NCBI GenBank assembly: GCA_005881435.1
Contig: VBHP01000031.1
Coordinates: 15,242 to 79,241, forward strand
Length of the DNA stretch: 64,000 nucleotides
Direction: 5' to 3'
DNA from: Chloroflexota bacterium
GTDB taxonomy: Bacteria; Chloroflexota; Limnocylindria; P2-11E; CF-107
This document shows positions 1 through 8,617 of this stretch, one piece after another. The notes below the pieces were generated by a model, which worked only from the letters and a program-made list of their open reading frames with translations, made no database searches and was not told the DNA's origin. Every line of letters begins with the position of its first letter. The stretch's first letter is position 1. A program made the translations under genes and the position numbers.

Positions 1-1
1 G

Positions 2-400
2 ATGATCAGCGGCGAGGTACCGCCGCCACCGGTCGCGCGGCTGGTCGGCTTCAAGCTCGAATCCATCGAGCCCGGGATCGCCGTCGTGAGTCTCGAAGCC
101 GACGAGCGACGCCACGCGAATCCGATGGGCACGTTGCACGGCGGCATCCTCTGCGACATCACCGACGCGGCCATGGGACTCGCGTTCGCTTCGACGCTCC
201 AGGACGACGAAAGCTTCACCACTCTGGAGCTGAAGATCAGCTTCCTGCGCGCCGTGCGGAACGGCAGGCTCGTCGCCAGCGGCAGGGTGCTGCATCGCGG
301 TAGGAACATCGGCTTCGTCGAGAGCGACGTGGTCGATGAGACCGGCGCGCTGATAGCGCGAGCGACGAGCACCTGCCTCCGGCTTGCGGCTAAGTCCTGA
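2..400 (+). CDS. PaaI/4HBT-family hotdog-fold acyl-CoA thioesterase (may be 5'-truncated by the window edge)
   Basis: ORF 2..400; NPMGTLHGG...D hotdog thioesterase signature; about 130 aa. Confidence 0.7.
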   Translation: MISGEVPPPPVARLVGFKLESIEPGIAVVSLEADERRHANPMGTLHGGILCDITDAAMGLAFASTLQDDESFTTLELKISFLRAVRNGRLVASGRVLHRGRNIGFVESDVVDETGALIARATSTCLRLAAKS

Positions 401-3353
401 TCTCCTCGCGCTCCAGCAGCCAGGTTCCGATCTCGTAGGGCTGGAGCCGCGCCTCGAGCCTGCCGTCCGGCAGCTGCTCCAACGGCGCGGCGGTGCGGAT
501 CACGTCCAGCCCGTTCGCGCCCAGATCGTCCTGGCCCTCGCGCAGATCCGTCGTGCGCAGGATGCGCATCGGGGTCATGAAGCGCGCGCGCGCCGAAGCC
601 TCGGCCGGTGACGGGTTAGCCAGGCGCAGCACCACAGTGTTCGGAGCGTGGCCCGGACGGAGCGCCGAGAGCTCGACAGCGCCGTCGGTCTCGAGCGCGA
701 GGCGCGTGCCGGGCCTGCCGCGCCCCAGGAGCGGCGGCTCGTGAAACTCGCGCGCGCTGCGGGCCGCCGAGGCGAGCGCGGACTCGGACGCGAGCGGGAT
801 CACCGCGTAGCGCATGCTCCAGCGCCCCTGCAATTGCGCCCCTGGCGTCTCCAGCTGCGGTCCGGCATGGCCGCGACGCTCCGGGAGATCGCCGCGCGAG
901 AGAAAGCCGACGCACCGCAGCAGGGTTAGCGCGATCTCCCTACCGTCGCCGAGCACCGCGTACTCCGGCAGGCCATCCGCGGTCACGACGACGCCTCCGA
1001 CGGCGTCCGAGATCGCGACGAAGTCCTGCACGTGCGCGGTGTCCGGCGGCTGCTCGGCCCACCCTGCCTTCGGCGCGATCCGGTTGGGGCGGCGCACCCA
1101 CGCGAATTGCTCGCCGGCGACATGGCTACGCGCGGCACGTCCGGTGGCGAAGATCGCGCGCAGGCGATGGTCGCGCGCACGGTTGTCGATCGTCGTCGTG
1201 ATCTCGACGCGATCGGCGTCGGCGTCCAATCGGATCACCGTCTCGATCCCGAGATCCACGATGCGCTCGTCGCGGGCGCGACGATCCGGGCGCAGCGCGG
1301 CCGGTACCGGAAGCGAGAGTCGCACCGCGACCTCGCCGCGCAGCGGGTGCACGCGCGTCTCACGCTCGCCCCCACGGCCGGCGCTACGGACCGGCGGTCC
1401 GGAATAGGAATAGGTGTATTCGTCGCCGCGGTCTCCCTCGTCGAGCAGCACGTTGTGCGGTCCGGTTCGGCCGCCCGGACCCTCTACATAAAAGGAGCCG
1501 TCCGGCGCGACCTCGACCCGAAGGCGGCCGTTGTCCAGAACGCCCTCCGCCGTCGAACGCACGTCGCTCTCCGGCGCCGCCGCGTCGAGCGCCGCCGCGC
1601 CCAGGCCGTCGAAGCGCGCGAACCGTGGACCCGTGCCGTCAGCGACGACGGCGGCGCGGGGAAAAGCCGTCGACGACCACGCCACCTCGCCGGCGCCGCC
1701 CTCGCCGAGCAGCCTCTCGCGCAGCGCGTCGCCCGTCGACCGCACCGTCGCGAATCGCGCACGCATGTCGATCTCGTGTACGGCGTCGATCGAGCAGCCA
1801 CAGATCGAGTCGTGGGGATGACATTGCAACAGGGTGCGCCACAGCGGCCGGAGCTCCTCGCGCGTCACGCTGCCGGAGAGCGCGGCGAACGGCTCGAGCC
1901 AGCGCAGCAGCAACCGCTCGCAGGCGGCGTTCTCCTGCTTGATCCACATCCGCGTCGAATTCACCGCGCGCAGGATGTGGCGATAGCGGCCCTCGATCAT
2001 CTCCCGCGAGTGCACCGGCAGGGTCATCGGCGGGTACGCCGCGACGGCGTCCTCGAGCGTGCCGATCGTGGTCGCCAGACGCGGGCGCAACTCCTTCGCC
2101 TGGCGCAGCGCCGGCAGGAGCTCGGGTGTGATCGGCGTGTGGTCGGTGCCGACCATCAGCAGCAGCACGTCGCTGTGCGCATAGGGCGTCTCGCGCGCCA
2201 GCAAGCGCGGCAGCTCGCGACGCAGCCGCCGCTGCATCTCCGGATCGGCCTCCTCGACGTGATGACTGTCGCGGATCAGCCACAGCGCGTTGTCGTAGTG
2301 ACCGACGAGGTGTAGCGCCAGCACGCGATCCCCCGACGGGGCTTGCCACTCGAACTCCGAGCCGAGCGCTTCGCCTTCATCGCCGAGACCGCGGGCGAAC
2401 ACGTACGAGCGGTAGCCGAAGCCGCGCAGGATCTGCGGCATCTGCGCCGGATGGCCGAAGGGATCGGCAACGTAGCCGACGCGCATGGCGCGGCCGTGTA
2501 ACGCCGCGAGCCGCAGGCCTTCCTCCATGTTCCGCAGCGTCGATTCGGCGTGCACCAGGATGAGATCGGAGAGCACGTACCAGGGTCCGATGAGCAGTTT
2601 CCCCGCGCGCACCAGCGCGTCGATCCGTGCGGACATGTCCGGCCGATCGCCGAGGTAATCCTCCAGCGCCACGGTTTGGCCGTCGAACGTGAACCGATCG
2701 ACGCCCCCGGGGCGCTCGAGCTCCGCGACGACGCCGTCGACGGCCGCAAGCAGGCGCGGACGGTATCCCGCGACCGTCTCGTACCACTCGCGATCCCAAT
2801 GCGTGTGCGGCACCACGATCGCGCGCCAGGGCACGCGCGTCCGCGCGAAACGAACGAGCTCGACGGCCAGGCGTCCGCAGACGAAACCGATGACCGCGCC
2901 GCCGAGAACGTCGCTCGGATAGTGCACGCCGAAATAGATGCGTTCAATCGCGACGAGTCCGCCGAACCCGTACAGCGGCAGCGACCACCACGGGCGGAAG
3001 GCGGTGAACGCGGCGACGGCCGCGAACGCCCCGGCGACGTCACCGGAGGGGAATGATTTCGTGGACACCGTCGGAATGAGGTACGGCCCGATCTCCGGGA
3101 ACGTCGTGAACGGGCGCGCGCGCGCGAACCCCGGCTTCAGCAGGAAATCGACCAAGACGGTGGCGATGACGAGCGCGGTGATGACGCTCGCGGCGACCCA
3201 CTGGCCGCGTCTGCCGTCGCGCAGCGCGAAGATGGCGAGCGCGATCCAGATCCAATCGAACAGCGTCAGCAGCCAGGTCAGGCCGAAGATGACATCGAAC
3301 GGCAGCGAGCGGAGCGCGATGATCTGGCGCAGGAGCGCTTCGTCGAGGCTCAT
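390..3353 (-). CDS. Fusion protein: N-terminal polytopic PAP2-family phosphatase-like domain + GH38 alpha-mannosidase (MngB / mannosylglycerate-hydrolase-like) domain
   Basis: Start taken at the internal ATG (MSLDEALL) that overlaps the DedA stop (ATGA). PAP2 motifs KPGFARARP, PSGD (variant of PSGH) and ERIYFGVHYPSD, with about 5 TM helices. GH38 signature VPHTHWDREWY and a long GH38 central/C-terminal region follow in the same ORF without a stop. Confidence 0.65.
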   Translation of the reverse strand: MSLDEALLRQIIALRSLPFDVIFGLTWLLTLFDWIWIALAIFALRDGRRGQWVAASVITALVIATVLVDFLLKPGFARARPFTTFPEIGPYLIPTVSTKSFPSGDVAGAFAAVAAFTAFRPWWSLPLYGFGGLVAIERIYFGVHYPSDVLGGAVIGFVCGRLAVELVRFARTRVPWRAIVVPHTHWDREWYETVAGYRPRLLAAVDGVVAELERPGGVDRFTFDGQTVALEDYLGDRPDMSARIDALVRAGKLLIGPWYVLSDLILVHAESTLRNMEEGLRLAALHGRAMRVGYVADPFGHPAQMPQILRGFGYRSYVFARGLGDEGEALGSEFEWQAPSGDRVLALHLVGHYDNALWLIRDSHHVEEADPEMQRRLRRELPRLLARETPYAHSDVLLLMVGTDHTPITPELLPALRQAKELRPRLATTIGTLEDAVAAYPPMTLPVHSREMIEGRYRHILRAVNSTRMWIKQENAACERLLLRWLEPFAALSGSVTREELRPLWRTLLQCHPHDSICGCSIDAVHEIDMRARFATVRSTGDALRERLLGEGGAGEVAWSSTAFPRAAVVADGTGPRFARFDGLGAAALDAAAPESDVRSTAEGVLDNGRLRVEVAPDGSFYVEGPGGRTGPHNVLLDEGDRGDEYTYSYSGPPVRSAGRGGERETRVHPLRGEVAVRLSLPVPAALRPDRRARDERIVDLGIETVIRLDADADRVEITTTIDNRARDHRLRAIFATGRAARSHVAGEQFAWVRRPNRIAPKAGWAEQPPDTAHVQDFVAISDAVGGVVVTADGLPEYAVLGDGREIALTLLRCVGFLSRGDLPERRGHAGPQLETPGAQLQGRWSMRYAVIPLASESALASAARSAREFHEPPLLGRGRPGTRLALETDGAVELSALRPGHAPNTVVLRLANPSPAEASARARFMTPMRILRTTDLREGQDDLGANGLDVIRTAAPLEQLPDGRLEARLQPYEIGTWLLEREEIRT

Positions 3354-3982
3354 CGGCGAACGTGACGCCAGACGAACAGAAGCACGAGGACGAGGATCGC
3401 CGCGGCGATGATGTAATCGAGCCCGCCGAGCGTCTCCCGCACAGCCCGCCAGTTGTCGCCGAGCGCCTTGCCCGCGTACACGAGCGCGATCGTCCACGGC
3501 ACCGCGCCCAGCAGCGAGAAGAGCACGAAGCGCCACAAGGGCATGCGCGCGATCCCGGCCGGGAGCGAAATGAACGTCCGCACCACCGGGAGCAGCCGGG
3601 TGAAGAAGACGGTCGCGTCGCCGTATCGCGCGAACCAGCGCTCGGCCAGCTCGATGTCATGGTGCGAGATCAAGATGTAGCGGCCATAGCGTTCGAGGAG
3701 CGGTCGGCCGCCGGCCGCACCCACGGCGTACGCGATGAGCGATCCGGTGGTGTTGCCTAGCACGCCCGCGACCACGGCGAGCCAGAACTCCCACGGCCCT
3801 CCGGTTAACGGCTCGGGGAGCTGTCGCGCCACGGCCCAGCCGGCAAGCGGGAGCACGAGCTCGCTTGGAAGCGGGATGCAGGCGCTCTCGATGGTCATCG
3901 CCAGCACCAGCCCGGCGTAGCCGATGCTCGTGTACAGCGACTCGAGAAATGGGATGACCAGCGTTTCCAGTGCTTGAAGCAC
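3350..3982 (-). CDS. DedA/VTT-family membrane protein
   Basis: Signature FTRLLPVVRTFISLPAGIARMPLWRFVLFSLLGAVPWT. Stop TGA overlaps the ATG of the downstream PAP2-GH38 gene. Start assigned to GTG 3982; the upstream in-frame extension overlaps the other strand, so the 5' end is uncertain. Confidence 0.8.
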   Translation of the reverse strand: MLQALETLVIPFLESLYTSIGYAGLVLAMTIESACIPLPSELVLPLAGWAVARQLPEPLTGGPWEFWLAVVAGVLGNTTGSLIAYAVGAAGGRPLLERYGRYILISHHDIELAERWFARYGDATVFFTRLLPVVRTFISLPAGIARMPLWRFVLFSLLGAVPWTIALVYAGKALGDNWRAVRETLGGLDYIIAAAILVLVLLFVWRHVRR

Positions 3983-4073
3983 GCGGTCATTCTGGGGCGC
4001 AACCGCAGCGGGTGCGTCGAGGCACGCCACCTGCACGTGCGTTCGGCGATATTTCGCCGATAGGAGTGATGAC

Positions 4074-4340
4074 ATGGATCTCGGGAGCATCATCGGTTTC
4101 ATCATCGTCGGCGCCATCGTCGGCGTGATCGCACGATTCCTGGTGCCTGGACCGGACCCGATGGGCTGGGTCGGCACGATCCTGTTGGGCATCGTCGGCT
4201 CGTTCGTCGGCGGTTTCTTGCTGAATCTGCTGTCCGGCAGCGCCACGATCTCGCCGGCGGGATGGATCGGCTCGATCGTCGGCGCCATCATCGTGTTGCT
4301 CATCTGGCGTCAGATGGGTGGCCGCCGCGCCGCGACGTAG
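4074..4340 (+). CDS. GlsB/YeaQ/YmgE-family transglycosylase-associated stress membrane protein
   Basis: 88 aa with glycine-zipper TM helices (GAIVGVIARFL...GIVGSFVGGFLLNLL); AGGAGTG Shine-Dalgarno 6 nt upstream. Confidence 0.8.
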   Translation: MDLGSIIGFIIVGAIVGVIARFLVPGPDPMGWVGTILLGIVGSFVGGFLLNLLSGSATISPAGWIGSIVGAIIVLLIWRQMGGRRAAT

Positions 4341-4368
4341 CCGGGTGCGCGGCGGAGAGCCTTAAGCG

Positions 4369-6075
4369 ATGACACAAGCCGAGACACGCCCGCGAGCGGC
4401 GCGCGACAGCACGTTGCAGCAGCGCGGGCGTGAGCTCGGCCGCCTGGCCGAGCGCCGGCTCGCACTCGCGCCACGGGATGCGGCCGCCGCCGAGCGGGCG
4501 CGCCGTCTACGCGATCACGCGCTCGGCTACATCGTGCCCCGTGCCACGGACCTCGACGCTCCGCTGCTGATCCTGTTGCTCGGTCCAACCGGCGCGGGCA
4601 AATCGTCGATCCTGAACACCATCGCCGCGGGTCCGGTAAGCGCCACGGGCGTGGTCCGGCCGACCACGCGCGACGCGATCCTGTACGCCACGGCGGCCGA
4701 CGCCGAGCGGCTACTCGAGAGCGGGCAGCTCGGACGGCTTTCGCGCGGCAGCGTCGGACGCGTGCTGGCACCCGGCGACCGGACCGGCGTCGCGATCGTC
4801 GACGCGCCCGATATCGACTCCGTCGAACGTGCGAACCGCGAGCTCGCGGACGCGTTGATCGAGTCCGCCGACCTCTGCGTGTTCGTCACCACGGCGACGC
4901 GGTATGCGGATCTCGTCCCGTTCGAGGTCCTCCGCCGCGTTCGCGAGCGCGGTCTTCCGCTGGTCGTCGTGATCAACCGGCTGCCGCGCGACGAGCACGA
5001 CCGCGAGGTCGTGGTGGCCGACGCGTCGAGACTCCTGGCGCAGGCGGGCGTCCCGACGGAGCGAATGACCATCGCCCTGGTCGGTGAAGGCGAGTTGGAC
5101 CCGACTGTCGATGGTCTCTCGCGCGAGGCGCTTCGACCGGTACTCGAGCGCATCGACCAGCTCGCCGGCGATCGGGACGAGCGGGCCGCGCTGGCGGCAT
5201 CGACGCTCGAGGCCGCGATCCGCGGTCTGGCGCCATTGGCCCACTCCGTGGCCGACGACCTGGAACATGACGCGCTGGACACGGAGACGCTCCGGCGGAT
5301 CGCTGCCACGACGTACGTCGAGGAGCTGGACGACCTCCTGCGTGCATTACGCGAAGGCGGCGTGCTTCGCGAGGAGATTCTCCGTCAGTGGCACGACTTC
5401 GTGGGCGCCGATCAGATCACGCGGCTGTTCGCCACCGGCTTCGGTCGCTTGCGCGGGATGCTGCTGGTCGCGCTGCGCGGACGTCCGAACTCCCCGGCGC
5501 CGCAGGTCGAGGAGGAGGCCGTCACGGTGCTGGCCGCTCAGGTCGGTCGGTACGCCAACGAGGCCGCGCGCCGGACCGCCGGACGTTGGTCCGAACGCGA
5601 GGATGGCGCCGGACTCGTCGCCACCGAGCCAGGGCTGTGGAGCGCGTCGCCGGATCTCGGGAACGCGGTCCGCGGGGACCTGGACGAATGGCTGCGCTCG
5701 ATCGTCGACGATGTCCGCGCCGCGGGAGACCGTAAACGCACGACGGCACAGATCGCGGCGCTCGGCGTCAACGCGGTCGGCGTCGCCGTCATGCTCGCGG
5801 TCTTCGCGCACACCGCGGGTCTGACCGGCGCCGAGCTCGGCATCGCCGGCGGGACCGCGTTCGTGAACCAGAAGCTCTTAGAGACCATCTTCGGCGAGCG
5901 CGTCATGGAGGAGCTGATCGAGCGTGCCCGCTCACGCCTCGACGCGCTGCTGACCGCGCTCTTCGCCCACGAGCGCGATCGCTTCGATCGCGTCGCCGCC
6001 GCTCCGCAGGACCTGCGCGAGATCGCGTCGTCATTGCGGCGCACCGTCGACGCCTTCGCCGCGGAACGGGCATGA
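4369..6075 (+). CDS. Dynamin-like GTPase family protein (first of a pair)
   Basis: P-loop LLGPTGAGKSSILN, G3 VDAPDID, G4-like NRLP, long helical C-terminal region. ATGA overlap with the next, paralogous GTPase. Confidence 0.6.
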   Translation: MTQAETRPRAARDSTLQQRGRELGRLAERRLALAPRDAAAAERARRLRDHALGYIVPRATDLDAPLLILLLGPTGAGKSSILNTIAAGPVSATGVVRPTTRDAILYATAADAERLLESGQLGRLSRGSVGRVLAPGDRTGVAIVDAPDIDSVERANRELADALIESADLCVFVTTATRYADLVPFEVLRRVRERGLPLVVVINRLPRDEHDREVVVADASRLLAQAGVPTERMTIALVGEGELDPTVDGLSREALRPVLERIDQLAGDRDERAALAASTLEAAIRGLAPLAHSVADDLEHDALDTETLRRIAATTYVEELDDLLRALREGGVLREEILRQWHDFVGADQITRLFATGFGRLRGMLLVALRGRPNSPAPQVEEEAVTVLAAQVGRYANEAARRTAGRWSEREDGAGLVATEPGLWSASPDLGNAVRGDLDEWLRSIVDDVRAAGDRKRTTAQIAALGVNAVGVAVMLAVFAHTAGLTGAELGIAGGTAFVNQKLLETIFGERVMEELIERARSRLDALLTALFAHERDRFDRVAAAPQDLREIASSLRRTVDAFAAERA

Positions 6076-7652
6076 ACGTCGCTCGCTGCCTGGAGCGGCT
6101 CGACGAGGCGGTCGACGCAACGCGAGCGCTGGGATTGCCGGTCGACGACGCGACGGCGGTCTCCGAGCGCGCGCGCACGCGGCTCGGGCTGGGCGGGGAC
6201 GCCTACGTCGTCGCGCTCATCGGCGGCACCGGTGTCGGAAAGTCGTCGCTGCTGAACGCGCTCGCAGGCACCGAGGTCGCCGCGGCCGGCGCGAAGCGCC
6301 CGACGACGGATCAGGCCGTGGCCTGGGTCCCGCGACAGCGGCGCGGCGAGCTCACCTCGGTGCTGGAGTGGCTCGGTGTCGATCGCGTGAGCGAACACGC
6401 CGGCAACGGCATGGCGTCGGTCGCGGTGCTCGACCTCCCAGACCTCGACTCGGTCGCGCGCGAGCACCGCGCCCGGGTCGACCAGCTGCTGCCGCGCATC
6501 GACGCGGTCGCGTGGGTCGTCGATCCCGAGAAGTACAAGGACCTCGTGCTCCACGACACCTACCTGCGGGCATGGTCGCGACGGCTGCCACATCAGGTGG
6601 TCGTGCTGAATCGGACCGACCTCCTCCCCGACGGCTCGGCCACGCGCGTACGCGAGGACCTGCGCGCCGAGCTCGACGACGCCGGCTTGCGCGAGGTGCC
6701 GGTGCTGACGACGCAGGCCCGCCGCGGCGGATCCGGCGTCGAAGAGCTCCGTCGCTGGCTCACCGCTGAAAGCGACGACAAGACCGTGGTGGCCGAGCGC
6801 CTTGCCGCTGACATCCGTGAGGCGATCGGCGACCTCGCCCGCCGCGCCGCCGTCACGGACGGCCTCGCGCCGCCGCTGGTGACGGCCGAGCGACGCGAAG
6901 CCGCCCTGCGCGACATTGCCGGCGCGGCGATCGCGCTCGTCGATCCGCGCGGGTTGGAGGCGCAGGCGGTCGCGGCGACGCGCCTCAGCGCTCGACGCCG
7001 CGGGACCGGTCCGCTCGGTGTGCTCACCAGCGCGCTCTACCGCTGGAGCGGCCGCGCACGAGCGTCGGCAAATCCGGCGACGTATCTGCGCCACTGGCGC
7101 GAGCGCGGGAGCCTCGCGCCCGCGTCGGAGCCCATGCGCGCGCTTGTCGCGTCAGCATTGCCCCCATTGCCTTCGACGCTGCGCCCGGCGGTCGCCGCGC
7201 TGGCCGAGCCGGCGAACATCGAACGCGGCCTGGCGGCCGCGATCGATCGAGCCATCGACGACGAGGCGCGCGACCTGCGCGTACCGGCGAGCGTGCTGTG
7301 GTCCGCGATCGGCGCCGGCCAGTTCGTCGTCGCGGCACTGCTGGTGTTCGCCGCGATCTGGTTCGCATCGCTGTTCGTGCTCGACCATCCGGCGGTCGGA
7401 AGCGTGGCGCTGCCGCTGCTCGGGCCGGTGCCGTCGCCGGTCCTCTTTCTCGCCGGGGTCCTGCTGGCCGGATATGTCCTGACGCTGCTGCTCCGGCTGC
7501 ACGCGGGATGGGTGGCGCGACGCTGGGCGCGCCGCGTGGTGTCGCGGATACGATCCGGCGTCGAGTCGCGCATCCGCGGCTCGGTCTTCCTGCCGCTTGA
7601 CGCGATCGAGGCCGCGCGCTCGCGCCTCGCCGCGGCGATGAAGGACTGCTAG
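6072..7652 (+). CDS. Dynamin-like GTPase family protein (second of a pair; membrane-anchoring hydrophobic hairpin near the C-terminus)
   Basis: P-loop LIGGTGVGKSSLLN, DLPDLD, NRTD (NKxD-like); two TM segments (FVVAALLVFAAIWFASLFVL ... VLFLAGVLLAGYVLTLLL). Confidence 0.6.
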   Translation: MNVARCLERLDEAVDATRALGLPVDDATAVSERARTRLGLGGDAYVVALIGGTGVGKSSLLNALAGTEVAAAGAKRPTTDQAVAWVPRQRRGELTSVLEWLGVDRVSEHAGNGMASVAVLDLPDLDSVAREHRARVDQLLPRIDAVAWVVDPEKYKDLVLHDTYLRAWSRRLPHQVVVLNRTDLLPDGSATRVREDLRAELDDAGLREVPVLTTQARRGGSGVEELRRWLTAESDDKTVVAERLAADIREAIGDLARRAAVTDGLAPPLVTAERREAALRDIAGAAIALVDPRGLEAQAVAATRLSARRRGTGPLGVLTSALYRWSGRARASANPATYLRHWRERGSLAPASEPMRALVASALPPLPSTLRPAVAALAEPANIERGLAAAIDRAIDDEARDLRVPASVLWSAIGAGQFVVAALLVFAAIWFASLFVLDHPAVGSVALPLLGPVPSPVLFLAGVLLAGYVLTLLLRLHAGWVARRWARRVVSRIRSGVESRIRGSVFLPLDAIEAARSRLAAAMKDC

Positions 7653-8575
7653 CGGCTGAAGGCGGTTCGCAGCGCTCGCCCGATGTCGTCGATCGCGCGA
7701 TCGGCGCTGTCGACCTCGCCGGCCATAGGGATGAATCCGTGCACCACGCCCTCATAGCGCCGGCACTCGACCGCTACGCCACTGTCGCGTAGACGTCTGG
7801 CGTAGGCCTCGCCTTCGTCACGCAGCGGATCGAACTCCGCGATCACGATCACCGCCGGGGGGACACGGCTCAGATCGTTCGCCCGCAGCGGCGAGGCATA
7901 TGGATTCGCGCCGTCGGCGACGTCGCGCAGGTAATGGCTCCAGAACCATTGCATCTCGTTCCGCGTGAGCCGGTAGCCCTCGGCGTTCTCGGCGTACGAC
8001 GGGGTATCGAAGGCGTAGTTCAGCACCGGCACCAGCAGGACCTGGAACACGAGCCGCGGACCGCCACGGTCGCGCGCGGCCAGCGCCATGGCCGCAGCCA
8101 GGTTGCCACCGGCGCTCTCGCCGCCCACGGCGATGCGACTGGGGTCGACGTCGAGAGACCGAGCATTCTCGGCGAGCCACTTCGTCACCGCGTAGGACGC
8201 TTCGAGCGCGACGGGAAACGGATGTTCCGGCGCGAGTGGGTAGTCGACCGATACGACCACGCAGCGCGCCGCGTTGGCCAAACGCCGGCACAGCGCATCG
8301 GGAGCATCGAGGTCGCCGAGCACCCATCCGCCGCCGTGCAGATAGACGAGCGCCGGCAGATCAGTCCCGCCCGGTGCGTAGATGCGGACGCCAACGTCCC
8401 CCGCCGCAGTCCGTAGGGTGCGCTCGAAGACTCGAGCAACCGCTGCGCTGGGAGGATGGAGCAGCGCACCACGCTCACGCGAGGCGCGTCTTGCTTCGTC
8501 CGGGCTCATGCGGTCGCGGGCGATCTCCGGCAGCCGTTCGAGCACCCGTTCCACCTGCGGATCGAGGCGTGCCAC
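7649..8575 (-). CDS. Alpha/beta-hydrolase esterase/lipase (HSL family)
   Basis: HGGGW oxyanion motif, GESAGG nucleophile elbow, C-terminal DPLRD/HGF. Confidence 0.8.
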   Translation of the reverse strand: MARLDPQVERVLERLPEIARDRMSPDEARRASRERGALLHPPSAAVARVFERTLRTAAGDVGVRIYAPGGTDLPALVYLHGGGWVLGDLDAPDALCRRLANAARCVVVSVDYPLAPEHPFPVALEASYAVTKWLAENARSLDVDPSRIAVGGESAGGNLAAAMALAARDRGGPRLVFQVLLVPVLNYAFDTPSYAENAEGYRLTRNEMQWFWSHYLRDVADGANPYASPLRANDLSRVPPAVIVIAEFDPLRDEGEAYARRLRDSGVAVECRRYEGVVHGFIPMAGEVDSADRAIDDIGRALRTAFSR

Positions 8576-8617
8576 AGCGGGAGCCTACGCCCTCGGCCGG
8601 TAGTATTCGCGCGCGGA

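Noticed and set aside
1032-2315. Long ORFs of 200-500 aa antisense to, or frame-shifted over, recognised genes (e.g. 1032..2315 +, 5538..7094 -, 8236..9357 +, 18784..19956 +, 39437..41041 +, 57530..60526 +)
   Set aside because: They are Arg/Ala/Pro-rich and low-complexity, the typical spurious open frames of 70% GC DNA. Each fully overlaps a gene with clear family motifs on the other strand or frame.
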